64,000 bases of DNA, taken from positions 2,400,001-2,464,000 of the forward strand of contig OY970067.1 of assembly GCA_963705305.1 (NCBI GenBank), in the 5' to 3' direction. The notes beneath the pieces were generated by a model that was not told the origin of the DNA, did not search any database, and saw nothing but the letters and a program-made list of their open reading frames with translations. This DNA is from an uncultured Methylomirabilota bacterium. Its GTDB lineage: Bacteria; Methylomirabilota; Methylomirabilia; Methylomirabilales; 2-02-FULL-66-22. A program made the translations under genes and the position numbers. Below are positions 32,009 through 42,076 of the stretch, in pieces (position 1 is the first letter of the stretch; every line of letters starts with the position of its first letter).

Positions 32009-32490
32009 CTTCCCTTCCCCTTCGACCTCGCGCTCCTTCGACGAACCTGATCGCAGCCAGCCGGTTTGATGGGAGATGCCGAGCCGCTTTTTTGCACATC
32101 CCTCGAGCTGACTCCGGCGGCAGAGCCCGAGCGGGTCTGTGTAACCGGTATCCAGGGTGGCGGCACGGCAAAAATCCCCGCCACACGACGATAGGTCTAC
32201 GTCTGGTAGTAATATATGACACTGAGCGTCCTGCGGACAGGGTGTGCTGCAAGCCCGCGCCCCTGCCGGGCAACTTGGCAGTGAACCGCGCGCGAAAAAG
32301 GGGGAAATGCGTCTTTGCGCGTTGTTCGGGTGCCCCCCATCCAGATCGCTGGTCTCTGCATCCAGGGTCAGATGGCCTTCAATTCGCTGCCCAAGGGGTG
32401 GATTCCCCGGAGCCGCGCCCGCGCCGGCTGGCCCGGAGCGCATTGGCGGCGTATAATGCCGCGATCATCGTCGAACCGAGAGGAGATCGG

Positions 32491-33669
32491 ATGCAATACC
32501 GTCCGTTTGGCACGACCGGCTTCCAGGTATCCGTCCTGGGGTTCGGTGCAATGCGGCTGCCGCTCCGGGGTCCGGGGGCCGGCGACATCGACCTGCCCCA
32601 GGCCGTGCGCATGCTCCGCACCGCGATCGACGCGGGGGTCAATTACGTCGACACAGCCTTCGGCTATCACGACGGCCGGAGCGAAGCGGTGGTGGGACAG
32701 GCGCTTCGGGACGGCTACCGCCGCCGGACCAAGTTGGCGACCAAGCTTCCCTCCTGGCGGGTCAAGTCCGCCGCCGACTTCGATACGTTCCTGGGCCAGC
32801 AGCTCGACCGCCTGCAGACGGAGGACATCGACTTCTACCTGCTGCACAATCTCAATGCGGCCGACTGGCCCCGGGTGAAGAACCTCGGCATCCTGGAGCG
32901 CGCCGGGCGGGCTCTTCGCGACGGACGGATCGGCGCCCTGGGCTTTTCCTTCCACGATCAGCTCCCGCTGTTCAAGGCGATCGTGGACGCTTACCGCTGG
33001 GATCTGTGTCAGATCCAGTACAACTTCATGGACATCGCGTACCAGGCCGGCCGGGAAGGGCTAGAGTACGCGGCCGGCCGGGGCATCCCCGTGGTTGTGA
33101 TGGAGCCCATCCGCGGCGGCCAGCTCGCCCAAGAGCCGCCGCCGGCCGTGGCGGAGGTCTGGGCCCGCTCCGCCATTCGCACCACGCCCGCGGACCGGGC
33201 GCTGCAATGGCTGTGGGATCAGCCCACGGTCACCACGGTCCTCTCCGGGATGAGCAGCCTGGAGCAGGTGGAGCAGAACCTGGCCAGCGCCGCGCGCAGC
33301 CGGCCCGGCAGCCTGCCGGAGACCGAGCGCGTCCTCTACCTCTATGCCAAGGCCGCGTACGAGGGCCTCAAGCCCATCCCCTGCACGCAGTGCAAGTACT
33401 GCCTGCCCTGCCCAAACGGCGTGGACGTGCCGCGCAACTTCGAGCTGTACAACGACACCGTCATCTACGGCCATGCCGACAAGACCCGGCGCACCTACCG
33501 CATGTTCTTCCCCGCCGAGCACCACGCGGACAAGTGCGAGCGCTGCGGTGAGTGCGAGCCAAAGTGCCCGCAGCACATCCCCATCATGGAATGGCTCCCC
33601 AAGGTCGAGGCGCGCCTGGGCGACCACGGCCGGATCGGGGGGTCCCGCGCCTCAGCCGCGAAGCGGTGA
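32491..33669 (+). CDS. Aldo/keto reductase with C-terminal Fe-S domain
   Basis: LGFGAMRLP, YVDTAFGYH, MEPIRGG, CTQCKYCLPCP, CERCGECEPKCPQ. Confidence 0.93.
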   Translation: MQYRPFGTTGFQVSVLGFGAMRLPLRGPGAGDIDLPQAVRMLRTAIDAGVNYVDTAFGYHDGRSEAVVGQALRDGYRRRTKLATKLPSWRVKSAADFDTFLGQQLDRLQTEDIDFYLLHNLNAADWPRVKNLGILERAGRALRDGRIGALGFSFHDQLPLFKAIVDAYRWDLCQIQYNFMDIAYQAGREGLEYAAGRGIPVVVMEPIRGGQLAQEPPPAVAEVWARSAIRTTPADRALQWLWDQPTVTTVLSGMSSLEQVEQNLASAARSRPGSLPETERVLYLYAKAAYEGLKPIPCTQCKYCLPCPNGVDVPRNFELYNDTVIYGHADKTRRTYRMFFPAEHHADKCERCGECEPKCPQHIPIMEWLPKVEARLGDHGRIGGSRASAAKR

Positions 33670-34025
33670 GGGGGGCCCGACCGTCGAGGGGACGTTGCTT
33701 CTTTGTTCTCCTTGCTCCAGACAGACTGAAGAGGTGCCGGCGTAATCCGCAAACACCCGCCCCGCCCACCGGCTCCGCCGACCCCGCCGGCCCCGTGTCC
33801 CTTGGACAGACAACCGCGCGGCAGGACGTTGCCTATTCAGTAAGGCGGTGAGACACTGCTGAGGGCCGGGGCTGGAAGCGAGGCGATGGCATCTGAGCAC
33901 CGACGGCGGAGAAGCCGTACGACGCCTTGCGGGAGACGATCGATACATCCGAGTTCCTTACCGCGCCCAATGGTCGAGTCCGGGACCCGGAGAGAGGTCC
34001 GGGCGACAGCGAAAGGAGGCTCTCG

Positions 34026-34253
34026 ATGCTCGTGATCAGCGCGAAGGGGATCATCTATGATGTTCCGGAAAAAGTGCTCGAGAAGCATACGTTTCCCCGC
34101 TGGATCGACAAGAAGGACGAGATCCTGAAGATGTTCACCTCCCTGTCCAAGGTCATCAAGGAGTCGAAGACGGGGCTGAAGGGAGATGTCGAGGGGCAGG
34201 GGTGCTGCAACCGCTACGCGAACTGGTGCCCGCCGGGAGGAGCGGACATCTGA
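34026..34253 (+). CDS. Putative RiPP precursor peptide (75 aa)
   Basis: RBS AAAGGAGG; charged helical N-region; C-terminal GDVEGQ-GCCNRYANWCPPGGADI; upstream of two rSAM genes. Confidence 0.8.
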   Translation: MLVISAKGIIYDVPEKVLEKHTFPRWIDKKDEILKMFTSLSKVIKESKTGLKGDVEGQGCCNRYANWCPPGGADI

Positions 34254-34404
34254 GCGATCCGGCCAGCCGGGGCTTCACGATGACACGACGGATGCCGCCA
34301 GCGGATCATTCGGAGGCTGAAGGGTGCCGCCGGCCCATGCGAGGCCCTGTCTGGAAGCGGGAAACCGTTGGCGGGCAGCGGTCCGCTCCTGAAAGGCCCA
34401 GGCC

Positions 34405-35595
34405 ATGAAGAGGGCCCCCGCTCCACAAAAGGGCGTCCTGCGAGACCTTGCCGGTGTCACCGCGTGTCCGCTGACGGCATGCAACCTGAGGTGCTCGTAC
34501 TGCTACCAGGATGCCGAGCAGTTCTCCGGTTCTCCGCAGTACCTGCCGGGCGTGCATGATCCGGTCCGGCTCGCCGCAGGCCTGGCGCGCCTGCTGTCAC
34601 TGTCCCGGAGGCCGAACCATTCCATCGTCCTCTCGGGGGGTGAGCCGCTCCTCCTGCCGGAATCGTGGTACCGCGCCTTCTTTTCGGCCATGGATGGCGG
34701 GATGCCCGCCTCGAAACAGATCCGCTATTCCCTGCAGACCAACATGCTTCGCTGGGACGATGGGGTCATGTCGCTCCTGGCGGAGCGCCGGGCGCACTTC
34801 TCGGTCCATTACGACGGCCCCGGGGGGGACGCTTCGCTCCGCGCCGAGGAGCGACGGGCAAACATCGAGCGGCTGCACGCCAAGGGGTGCTCGATCACCG
34901 CGATCGTGGTGGGAACCCCTCCGGCCCTGGCGGAGCTCTCCGCCACCCTCGAGCTGCTCCGACGCTGCGGGGTCAAGCATTACCACCTGAACTGCGTCTC
35001 CGGGGAAGGGCGGGGGGCCGGATCGCCGCAGCCCGATCCGGCGCGGAGGGCGGAGGCCGAGTTCGAGAGCGCGTTCTTCGCCTCCCAGAGCGACTTCGCG
35101 ACCTGGGACCCCGTCATCATGAACAAATTCGCGAGCCATGCCAGGTGGGCGGCCGGGGGGAGGAAGCAGCCGCCCACGCCGGTCCCCCAGCGGTGCGGCG
35201 CCGGCACCAAAACGGTCGTCATCTCGTCGGACGGGACGATCTTTCCGTGCGGGTTCTTTCCGCGGGCCGCGGGCCCGATGGGGCACATCGCCGGCCTCCC
35301 GGCGCTCGGCGCCGAGGCGGCCCGGTCCATCTCCCGCTGCGGGAAGGCGAGTCCGTTCTTCGAAGAGCGGTGTCCGGAATGTCCGGCCCTTCCGATCTGC
35401 GGGGACTACTGCGCCCTCACGCCGACCGGGGACGGCGGCTTCATGGGCTCGTTCTGCGAATCGCAGCGCCGTCTGATGGCCCTGATGGAGGAGAGTCGGC
35501 GGCTGGCGACTCTGATTGCCAGGCGGTTTCTGGCGTACCGGACCGCCCGCCCGGGCGAGCGGCCGACGACCTGCGGGGTCACGTACGGCGAGTAG
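34405..35595 (+). CDS. Radical SAM/SPASM maturase (anaerobic sulfatase maturase-like fold)
   Basis: CNLRCSYC, SGGEPLL, LQTN, SVHYDG, CGAG..IFPC, CPECPALPICGDYC..FC. Confidence 0.92.
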   Translation: MKRAPAPQKGVLRDLAGVTACPLTACNLRCSYCYQDAEQFSGSPQYLPGVHDPVRLAAGLARLLSLSRRPNHSIVLSGGEPLLLPESWYRAFFSAMDGGMPASKQIRYSLQTNMLRWDDGVMSLLAERRAHFSVHYDGPGGDASLRAEERRANIERLHAKGCSITAIVVGTPPALAELSATLELLRRCGVKHYHLNCVSGEGRGAGSPQPDPARRAEAEFESAFFASQSDFATWDPVIMNKFASHARWAAGGRKQPPTPVPQRCGAGTKTVVISSDGTIFPCGFFPRAAGPMGHIAGLPALGAEAARSISRCGKASPFFEERCPECPALPICGDYCALTPTGDGGFMGSFCESQRRLMALMEESRRLATLIARRFLAYRTARPGERPTTCGVTYGE

Positions 35596-36345
35596 CGGAA
35601 TGGCCCATCGGCGGGCACCCGTCCACCGAGCGGGTCCCGCCGCAACCGGGGGATTGCCCGCCGGCAGGGAGCGCACAGACGAGCCGGGAGGGACGGGTGG
35701 GCGCGTCGCGCCGGGGGTCCGGCACTGTTCTGTATGTCAACTCGGCGCTGCGGGAGAGCGACTGGTTTATCGTTCCGACATCGATCACCACGCTCATGCA
35801 GACGCTGCCGCCGCGCTGGCATCGGCAGGGCGTTTTCGCGTGGGAGCTGACCGATGCCCTGATCCGCTCCGCCTCGGCGATCATCCTCGATTGCCACTGG
35901 TTCACTTCCCTGCCGGAGACCATCGGCCTCGTGCGGTGGGTGCGCGACCTCTGCCCGCAGACGCCGGTCATCCTGGGCGGCTACACGGCCCAGCTCTTCC
36001 ACCGGGAGCTTCTGCCTCTCGTCGGCGCGGCCTATGTCATTCGGGGAGACAACGAGCAGGCCTTCCCGCGCCTGGTGGATGCCCTCTGCCGGGGGGATGT
36101 CGACGAGGCCCGCCGCCTGCCGAACGTTGCCGGCGCGGATTTCGCCAATCCCATCACCTACCGATTCGGGCCGGAGGATTATGCGGGGATTTTATTCGGG
36201 ATCGACTGGTTTCCGTCGTACGCGCGCCGCATCGCCATGATCAACAAGGGGAACTGCCTCGGCATGGACCACGAGTTCTACCGCTATCCGCTCCTGGTCA
36301 TGTCCAAGGGCTGTTCCCAGGATTGCCCGTTCTGCCTGGGGAGCA

Positions 36346-37519
36346 CTAGTCTAGTGTGTCATAAATACGGTGACTTATAGTACGTACTCTGGTATGCTCC
36401 TCGGTGAGGAGGAGCAAGCCATGCGTGTGGCGGTGCCGATTGTGCTGAGCCCGCAGGAACGCACCATCTTGGAACGCTGGGCACGGGGGCGGCGCACCCC
36501 CGCGCGCCTCGTGCGCCGGGCGCAGATCGTCCTGCGCGCGGCGGCGGGGCAGCGGAACGACGAGGTCGCCCGGGCCCTGGACACGGATCGCGAGTGTGTG
36601 GGTCGGTGGCGGACTCGCTTCGCCCAGCAGCGGCTGGCCGGGATCGAGCGGGATGCCCCGCGCCCCGGCCGGACGCCCGCCATCGCCCCGGCGGTCCTGC
36701 AGCGCATCGTCACCCTGACGACAACCAGCGCGCCGCCCGCCGCCACCCACTGGAGCACGCGGACCCTGGCGGCCGCGGTCGGCGTGAGCCCGAAGACCGT
36801 GCACCGGGTCTGGCAGGCCCACGGCCTGAAGCCGCATCGGGTCCGCCCGTTCAAGGTGAGCCGCGACCGGCGGTTCCTCGAGAAGCTGACCGATGTGGTG
36901 GGGCTGTACCTGAATCCCCCTGAGCACGCGTTGGTGCTGTGCGCCGACGAGAAGAGCCAGATCCAAGCGCTCGACCGCACCCAACCCGGCCTCCCGCTGA
37001 AGAAGGGCCGGTGCGGCACCCTGACCCACGACTACAAGCGGAACGGCACGACCACGCTCTTCGCCGCCCTGGGGCTCGTGACGGGCCAGCTCATCGGCAC
37101 GTGCCTGCCCAAGCATCGGCACCAGGAGTGGCTCCGGTTCCTCCGGCTGATCGACGCGCAGACCCCGCCCGACCTGGACCTCCACCTGATCGTGGACAAC
37201 TACGCCACCCATAAACACCCTGCGGTCCAGCGCTGGCTCGCCCGCCACCCACGCTTCCACATGCACTTCATTCCGACCAGCAGCTCGTGGTTGAATCTCA
37301 TCGAGCGGTGGTTCCGGGAGCTCACGACCAAGCGGCTCCGCCGGGGCGTCTTCAAGAGCGTCGCCGACCTCATCGCCGCCATTGAGGCCTTCATCGCACA
37401 CCACAACCGCCACCCCCGGTCGTTCACCTGGACGGCCAAGGTGGAGGACATCCTGGCGAAAGTCGAGCGGGCTCGAGCAGTGCTGCATAAGATGGCATCT
37501 GTGTGACACGGTAGACTAG
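36346..37519 (+). mobile_element. Complete IS630-family element inserted at a CTAG site
   Basis: Imperfect terminal IRs CTAGTCTAgtGTGTCA / TGACACggTAGACTAG; TA at 36347-8 and 37517-8. Confidence 0.95.
36421..37506 (+). CDS. IS630 transposase
   Basis: [52 protein letters not shown]. Confidence 0.96.
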   Translation: MRVAVPIVLSPQERTILERWARGRRTPARLVRRAQIVLRAAAGQRNDEVARALDTDRECVGRWRTRFAQQRLAGIERDAPRPGRTPAIAPAVLQRIVTLTTTSAPPAATHWSTRTLAAAVGVSPKTVHRVWQAHGLKPHRVRPFKVSRDRRFLEKLTDVVGLYLNPPEHALVLCADEKSQIQALDRTQPGLPLKKGRCGTLTHDYKRNGTTTLFAALGLVTGQLIGTCLPKHRHQEWLRFLRLIDAQTPPDLDLHLIVDNYATHKHPAVQRWLARHPRFHMHFIPTSSSWLNLIERWFRELTTKRLRRGVFKSVADLIAAIEAFIAHHNRHPRSFTWTAKVEDILAKVERARAVLHKMASV

Positions 37520-38536
37520 GTGCTACAAACGCCTCTTCGACCGCGCCCAGGTTCCCATCCCCTTTCCCCATCTGGAGAAGATCCTCCGCAGGCTGGAAGG
37601 GGACCCCGCGACACCCGCCGCGCATCTCTACTTCAACTGGCCCGTTTCCGAATACCGCTCCTTCTTCGCCCGGCACCGCTTCAGCCTCGACCTCCTGAGC
37701 CAGATCGATGTCCTCCCCGACCTGGAGGACCTGCGGGTCCTGGCAGGCGCGTTTCGCAGCAGCCTCTTTTACGTCGGCCTCGGCCATGCCGTCTACAGCG
37801 ATCGCGCGGACCCGGAGATCGACGTTCGGCGTTATCTCGACGCGTTCGGCCGGCTGAAGTTCTTCGTCTCCCGGGCGCAGTACGACGCGTTGCGGGGCCG
37901 CTACGGCGACCGGCTGCTCTCGACGACCGACACCTGGCGGATCCCCGAGCTCTTCGACGGGTTCGAGAGCTGCCTGAAGAGGGCCGTCGCCTCGGCCAGA
38001 CGGCTCCTCCTGGAGGACCCGCGGGCCTGGGCCTTTCGCCTGATCCTTCGCGACCACCCCGCCTACCGCCGGCGCCTGTTCCGGGCCCTGGGCCTCCGGG
38101 CTCGAGAACGTCCGCGGCAGGGCCATGCACTACAGCCAGGAAGAGTACATCCTGCACCGGAACGCCTGCTAGCGTCGGCGGCGCTGAAGAGGGCGTGGCC
38201 GCCGCCTCGATCCGGGCCATTCGCGCTTCCGATCCATTGCGCCTATTCGCTTGACACGCCTCCCGCTCTGAGACATTCTGTGTCGGCCCGCGGGGGTTGC
38301 GTGCGGCTGTGGCCCGCCATGAACGGGTGTCTGCCCGACCCGCCGCCGGGGGTCTTACGCTTCGCAGCTCCTTGGGCCGCCATTTCCCATCTCCATCTCC
38401 AGGGGCGCCGGTCCGCCAGCGCCGGCGGAAGGCATGGCGCGTGCGGGCGTAAACGTCCCGGAGAGCCGGAGTGCCTATACGGCGTCACTGTCTTGCGCGA
38501 AGGTCCAGATGCGTTGTTCAGAGGAGGATGGTTTCG

Positions 38537-40147
38537 ATGCGACGGATTCTTATGATCGTGGCGGTAGCGCTGTTCATGCTGGGGGCGACGGCGGACGTCG
38601 GCTCGGCGGCCCGCCCGGGGGGGACGTTCAACTTCGTCGTGCCCTACGGCGGGGACGTGTTCACCCTGGATCCGCACCGGACGCCGAACACCAACGACAT
38701 CATCGTGACCATGAACATCAACCGCAGCCTGTACAGCTGGGACGACAACGCCAACCGGCCCAAGCTGGAACTGGGCGAGAAGGCAGAGGTGTCTCCGGAC
38801 GGCCTGGTCTACCGGATCGCGCTCCGGAAGAACGTGAAGTTCCACAACGGCCGCCGGATGACCGCGGACGACATCATCTGGAGTTATGAGCGGATTCTGA
38901 ATCCGAAGATCGCGTCGCCGTCGGCCCGCTTCATCCGGGTGATCAAGGGGGCCCAGGAGTTCGAGGAGGGGAAGGCCACCCATAGCTCCGGCCTCCGGAA
39001 GATCAACGACTTCACACTCGAGATCACCATGGACAAGCCGATCGATCCGGCCTATACGCTGTACGAGGGAGGAACGGCCATCCTGCCGCGCGAAGAGGTG
39101 GAGAAGCGCGGGGACGCCTTCGGGACCGATCCGGTGGGCCTGGGCCCCTTCAAGTTCCTCCGATGGGTGAAGGGCAGCGAGATCGTCCTGGTCAAGAACC
39201 CCGACTATTACGAGAAGGGGAGGCCGTATCTGGACAAGGTGGTGTACAAGGTCATGCCCGAGGGGGCCGCCCGCGACGCCGCCTTCCGCGCCAAGGAGCT
39301 GGACGCGACCGTGGTGGGCGCGGCCCAGTACCCCGCCTACGAGGCGGACCCGGAGATCTCCAAGAACCTGGTGGAGGTGGCCGAGCTGTTCACGCGCCTC
39401 ATCGGCTTCAACCCGAGGTTCGAGCCCTTCGCCAAGAAGGAGGTCCGCCAGGCCATCAACTACGCCATCAACTCCCGCCTGATCATCGATCGCCTACTGA
39501 AGGGCAAGGCCTTCCCGGCGGTGGGCTACCTGCCCACGACCTCGCCGGCGTTCGATCCCAAGGCCAAGGGGTACGAGTATAATGTCGAGAAGGCCAAGGA
39601 GCTGATGAAGAGGGCGGGGTACGAGAATGGCTTCACCTTCGAGTGCATCGGGACCAGCAACGAGTCCTGGGGGATCCCGGTGGTCGAGGCCATCATGCCC
39701 TTCCTGAAGCAGATCAACATCACGGTGAAGCCCCAGCAGCTGGAGGGGGGCACGCTGTCCGACCGGATCCGCAAGATGGAGTACCAGGCCTTCATCTGGT
39801 CGGTATCCAGCGGCGCGGGTGGCGACGCCCTCCAGGCTCTCGCCCGCTGGGGCTCGAAGAATTCGGCCGCGGGCGGGAACTTCGTCGAGTACAGCAACCC
39901 CGAGTTCGACAAGCTGCTGGATCAGGCCGGCAAAGAGCGGGATATCGCCAAACGAAACGAGATCCTGCGCAAGGCCGACGCCGTGTTCCGGGAGGACGCG
40001 CCGGTCTGGTTCTTCAACTACAACAAGGCGGTGATCGCCCACCAGCCGTGGGTCCACGGCATCAAGAAGGCCGCGATCGAGATGATGTTCCAGGACCTGA
40101 CCGATCTCTGGGTGGACGATAGCTCTCCGCGGGCCAACGTCAAGTAG
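38537..40147 (+). CDS. ABC transporter substrate-binding protein, family 5 (peptide/nickel)
   Basis: Signal peptide, LRKNVKFHNG, PVGLGPFKF, VRQAINYAIN, YSNPEFDKLL. Confidence 0.94.
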   Translation: MRRILMIVAVALFMLGATADVGSAARPGGTFNFVVPYGGDVFTLDPHRTPNTNDIIVTMNINRSLYSWDDNANRPKLELGEKAEVSPDGLVYRIALRKNVKFHNGRRMTADDIIWSYERILNPKIASPSARFIRVIKGAQEFEEGKATHSSGLRKINDFTLEITMDKPIDPAYTLYEGGTAILPREEVEKRGDAFGTDPVGLGPFKFLRWVKGSEIVLVKNPDYYEKGRPYLDKVVYKVMPEGAARDAAFRAKELDATVVGAAQYPAYEADPEISKNLVEVAELFTRLIGFNPRFEPFAKKEVRQAINYAINSRLIIDRLLKGKAFPAVGYLPTTSPAFDPKAKGYEYNVEKAKELMKRAGYENGFTFECIGTSNESWGIPVVEAIMPFLKQINITVKPQQLEGGTLSDRIRKMEYQAFIWSVSSGAGGDALQALARWGSKNSAAGGNFVEYSNPEFDKLLDQAGKERDIAKRNEILRKADAVFREDAPVWFFNYNKAVIAHQPWVHGIKKAAIEMMFQDLTDLWVDDSSPRANVK

Positions 40148-40298
40148 GCGCCATCCCCCGGGGAGCGGGGGGCCGCGGAAATCCGAGGGTGTTTGCGGCC
40201 TCGAACCCGGACCCCGTCGCGAGGTTCGGGTTCACGCTGGTGTTTCCGTCAGGGCAGCGGGCGGCCGTTAGGGTCGCCCGCTGCCCATCGGGTTCGCG

Positions 40299-41237
40299 AT
40301 GCTCGCGTACGCACTCAGACGACTGCTGCAATTCGTCCCGACCATCCTGGTCATCTCGCTGATCATGTTCCTGCTGCTCAACGTCTTGCCCGGGAACGCG
40401 GCCCTCGTGGCGGCCGGCCCGCAGGACCGGGGGATGGACGCCCAGTTCGTCGAGCAGATGGTGAAGCAGTGGAACCTGGACAAGCCGCTGCACACCCGTT
40501 ACCTCATCTATCTCAAGAACCTGGCGCGTGGAAACCTGGGGCTGTCCTTCCTTCGCCGCGAGCACGTGACGGACGTGGTGCTGGCGCGGCTGTGGCCGAC
40601 CCTGAAACTGGCGCTGGCGGCCATGCTGATCGCGGTGGGGTGCGGGATTCCGCTGGGCTTCCTCTCCGCCCTGCGTCAGGGGTCCTGGCTGGACGCGGCC
40701 TCCATGGTGGGGGCGGTCTCCGGGGTGTCCATTCCGCAGTTCTGGCTGGGCCTTCTGCTGATGTTCTTCGCCTCGGTGAAGCTGCGCCTGCTGCCCACAT
40801 CGGGCTACGGGCAGGGGGGAGATCTGGCCCACCTGATCCTGCCCGCCGTCACGCTGGGCGTGGGGTACATGGCCCTGCTGGCCCGCACCACCCGGGCGGC
40901 CGTTCTGGAGATCCTGGGGGCCGAGTACGTGCGGACCGCCGAGGCCAAGGGACTGTCGCGCCTGGTGATCCACGGCAAGCATGTCTTCCGGAACGCCCTC
41001 ATCCTCGTCCTCACCACGGCCGGGCTGCAGTTCGGCTCGCTGATCGGGCAGACCGTGATCGTGGAGAAGCTGTTCTCGTGGCCGGGGCTGGGGTCGCTCT
41101 TGGTGGATACCATCTTCCAGCGGGATATCCCGGTGGTCCAGGGCTGCGTGCTGGTGATCATCGTCGTGTTTCTCGTCGTCAACCTGGCCGTGGATCTGCT
41201 GTACGCCCTGATCGACCCCAGGATCGAGTACCGATGA
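40299..41237 (+). CDS. ABC transporter permease (DppB/OppB-like)
   Basis: EYVRTAEAKGL, HVFRNAL, DLLYALIDPRI. Confidence 0.94.
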   Translation: MLAYALRRLLQFVPTILVISLIMFLLLNVLPGNAALVAAGPQDRGMDAQFVEQMVKQWNLDKPLHTRYLIYLKNLARGNLGLSFLRREHVTDVVLARLWPTLKLALAAMLIAVGCGIPLGFLSALRQGSWLDAASMVGAVSGVSIPQFWLGLLLMFFASVKLRLLPTSGYGQGGDLAHLILPAVTLGVGYMALLARTTRAAVLEILGAEYVRTAEAKGLSRLVIHGKHVFRNALILVLTTAGLQFGSLIGQTVIVEKLFSWPGLGSLLVDTIFQRDIPVVQGCVLVIIVVFLVVNLAVDLLYALIDPRIEYR

Positions 41238-42076
41238 ACGGGACTGTGCGGGCCCTCGGCCGGCAGAAGAATCTGATGGTCGGGGGCCTCCTCACGCTGA
41301 TCATCGTCCTCATGGCGGTCCTGGCCCCCGTCCTGGCCCCCTACGATCCGGTCAACCACGCCGATCTCCTCCATTCGGAGGAGCCGCCGAGCCTCACCTT
41401 CCTGTTCGGTACGGACACCCAGGGTCGGGACATCCTGTCGCGGGTCATCTACGGGGCCCGGGTCTCGCTGAGCATCGGCCTGATCACGCAGGCGCTGAAC
41501 AGCCTCATCGGGGTCCTGCTCGGCCTCACGGCGGGATTCTTCGGCCGCTGGTGGGATGATCTGGTGATGGGACTCACCAACATCATGCTCTCCATTCCCG
41601 GAATGATCTTCGCCCTAGCGGTTATGGCCGTCCTGGGACCCGGCCTCTTCAATGTCTTCCTGGCTCTCGGCTTCACCAACTGGTCCTACAGCTGTCGGAT
41701 CACGCGCTCGCAGGTCCTGGCGGCCCGCTCGCTCGATTACGTGGTCGCCGCCCGGGCGCTGGGCCAGGGGGGCCCCCGCATCATGCTGAAGCAGATCCTG
41801 CCGAACATCGTCGGGCCGATCCTGGTCATTGCGACGCTGGGGGTGGCCTATACGATCCTCACGGAAGCGTCGCTCTCCTTCCTGGGCCTGGGCGTACAGC
41901 CCCCCACACCGAGCTGGGGCGGCATGCTCTCCACGGCGCGCGAGCAGCTATTCACGGCCCCTTGGATCTCCATCTTTCCGGGGCTGGCTATCTTCGTCAC
42001 GGTCCTAGGGCTGAATCTGCTGGGAGACGGCTTGCGGGACATCCTGGACCCGCACACGGCCCGGCAGCGGAGATGA
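41234..42076 (+). CDS. ABC transporter permease (DppC/OppC-like)
   Basis: FGTDTQGRDILSR, ASLSFLGLG, PSWG, NLLGDGLRD. Confidence 0.94.
   Translation: MNGTVRALGRQKNLMVGGLLTLIIVLMAVLAPVLAPYDPVNHADLLHSEEPPSLTFLFGTDTQGRDILSRVIYGARVSLSIGLITQALNSLIGVLLGLTAGFFGRWWDDLVMGLTNIMLSIPGMIFALAVMAVLGPGLFNVFLALGFTNWSYSCRITRSQVLAARSLDYVVAARALGQGGPRIMLKQILPNIVGPILVIATLGVAYTILTEASLSFLGLGVQPPTPSWGGMLSTAREQLFTAPWISIFPGLAIFVTVLGLNLLGDGLRDILDPHTARQRR

Larger units (their letters stand above)
35697..38555 (+). pseudogene. B12-binding-domain radical SAM protein interrupted by IS630 (3' end uncertain)
   Basis: ILDCHW..PVILGGYTA, IRGDNE, LPNV, SKGCSQDCPFC; removing the IS rejoins the frame as ..CLGSTRCYKRLFDR.. Confidence 0.85.

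Noticed and set aside
33689..33845. Further GGACGTTGC matches at 33689 and ~33824 (also GGGACG at 31398 and a minus-strand match near 25037)
   Set aside because: Only the short GC-rich core matches, without the AT-rich half, so they could be chance. They are not counted as motif copies, though their position before cluster 2 merits a FIMO check.
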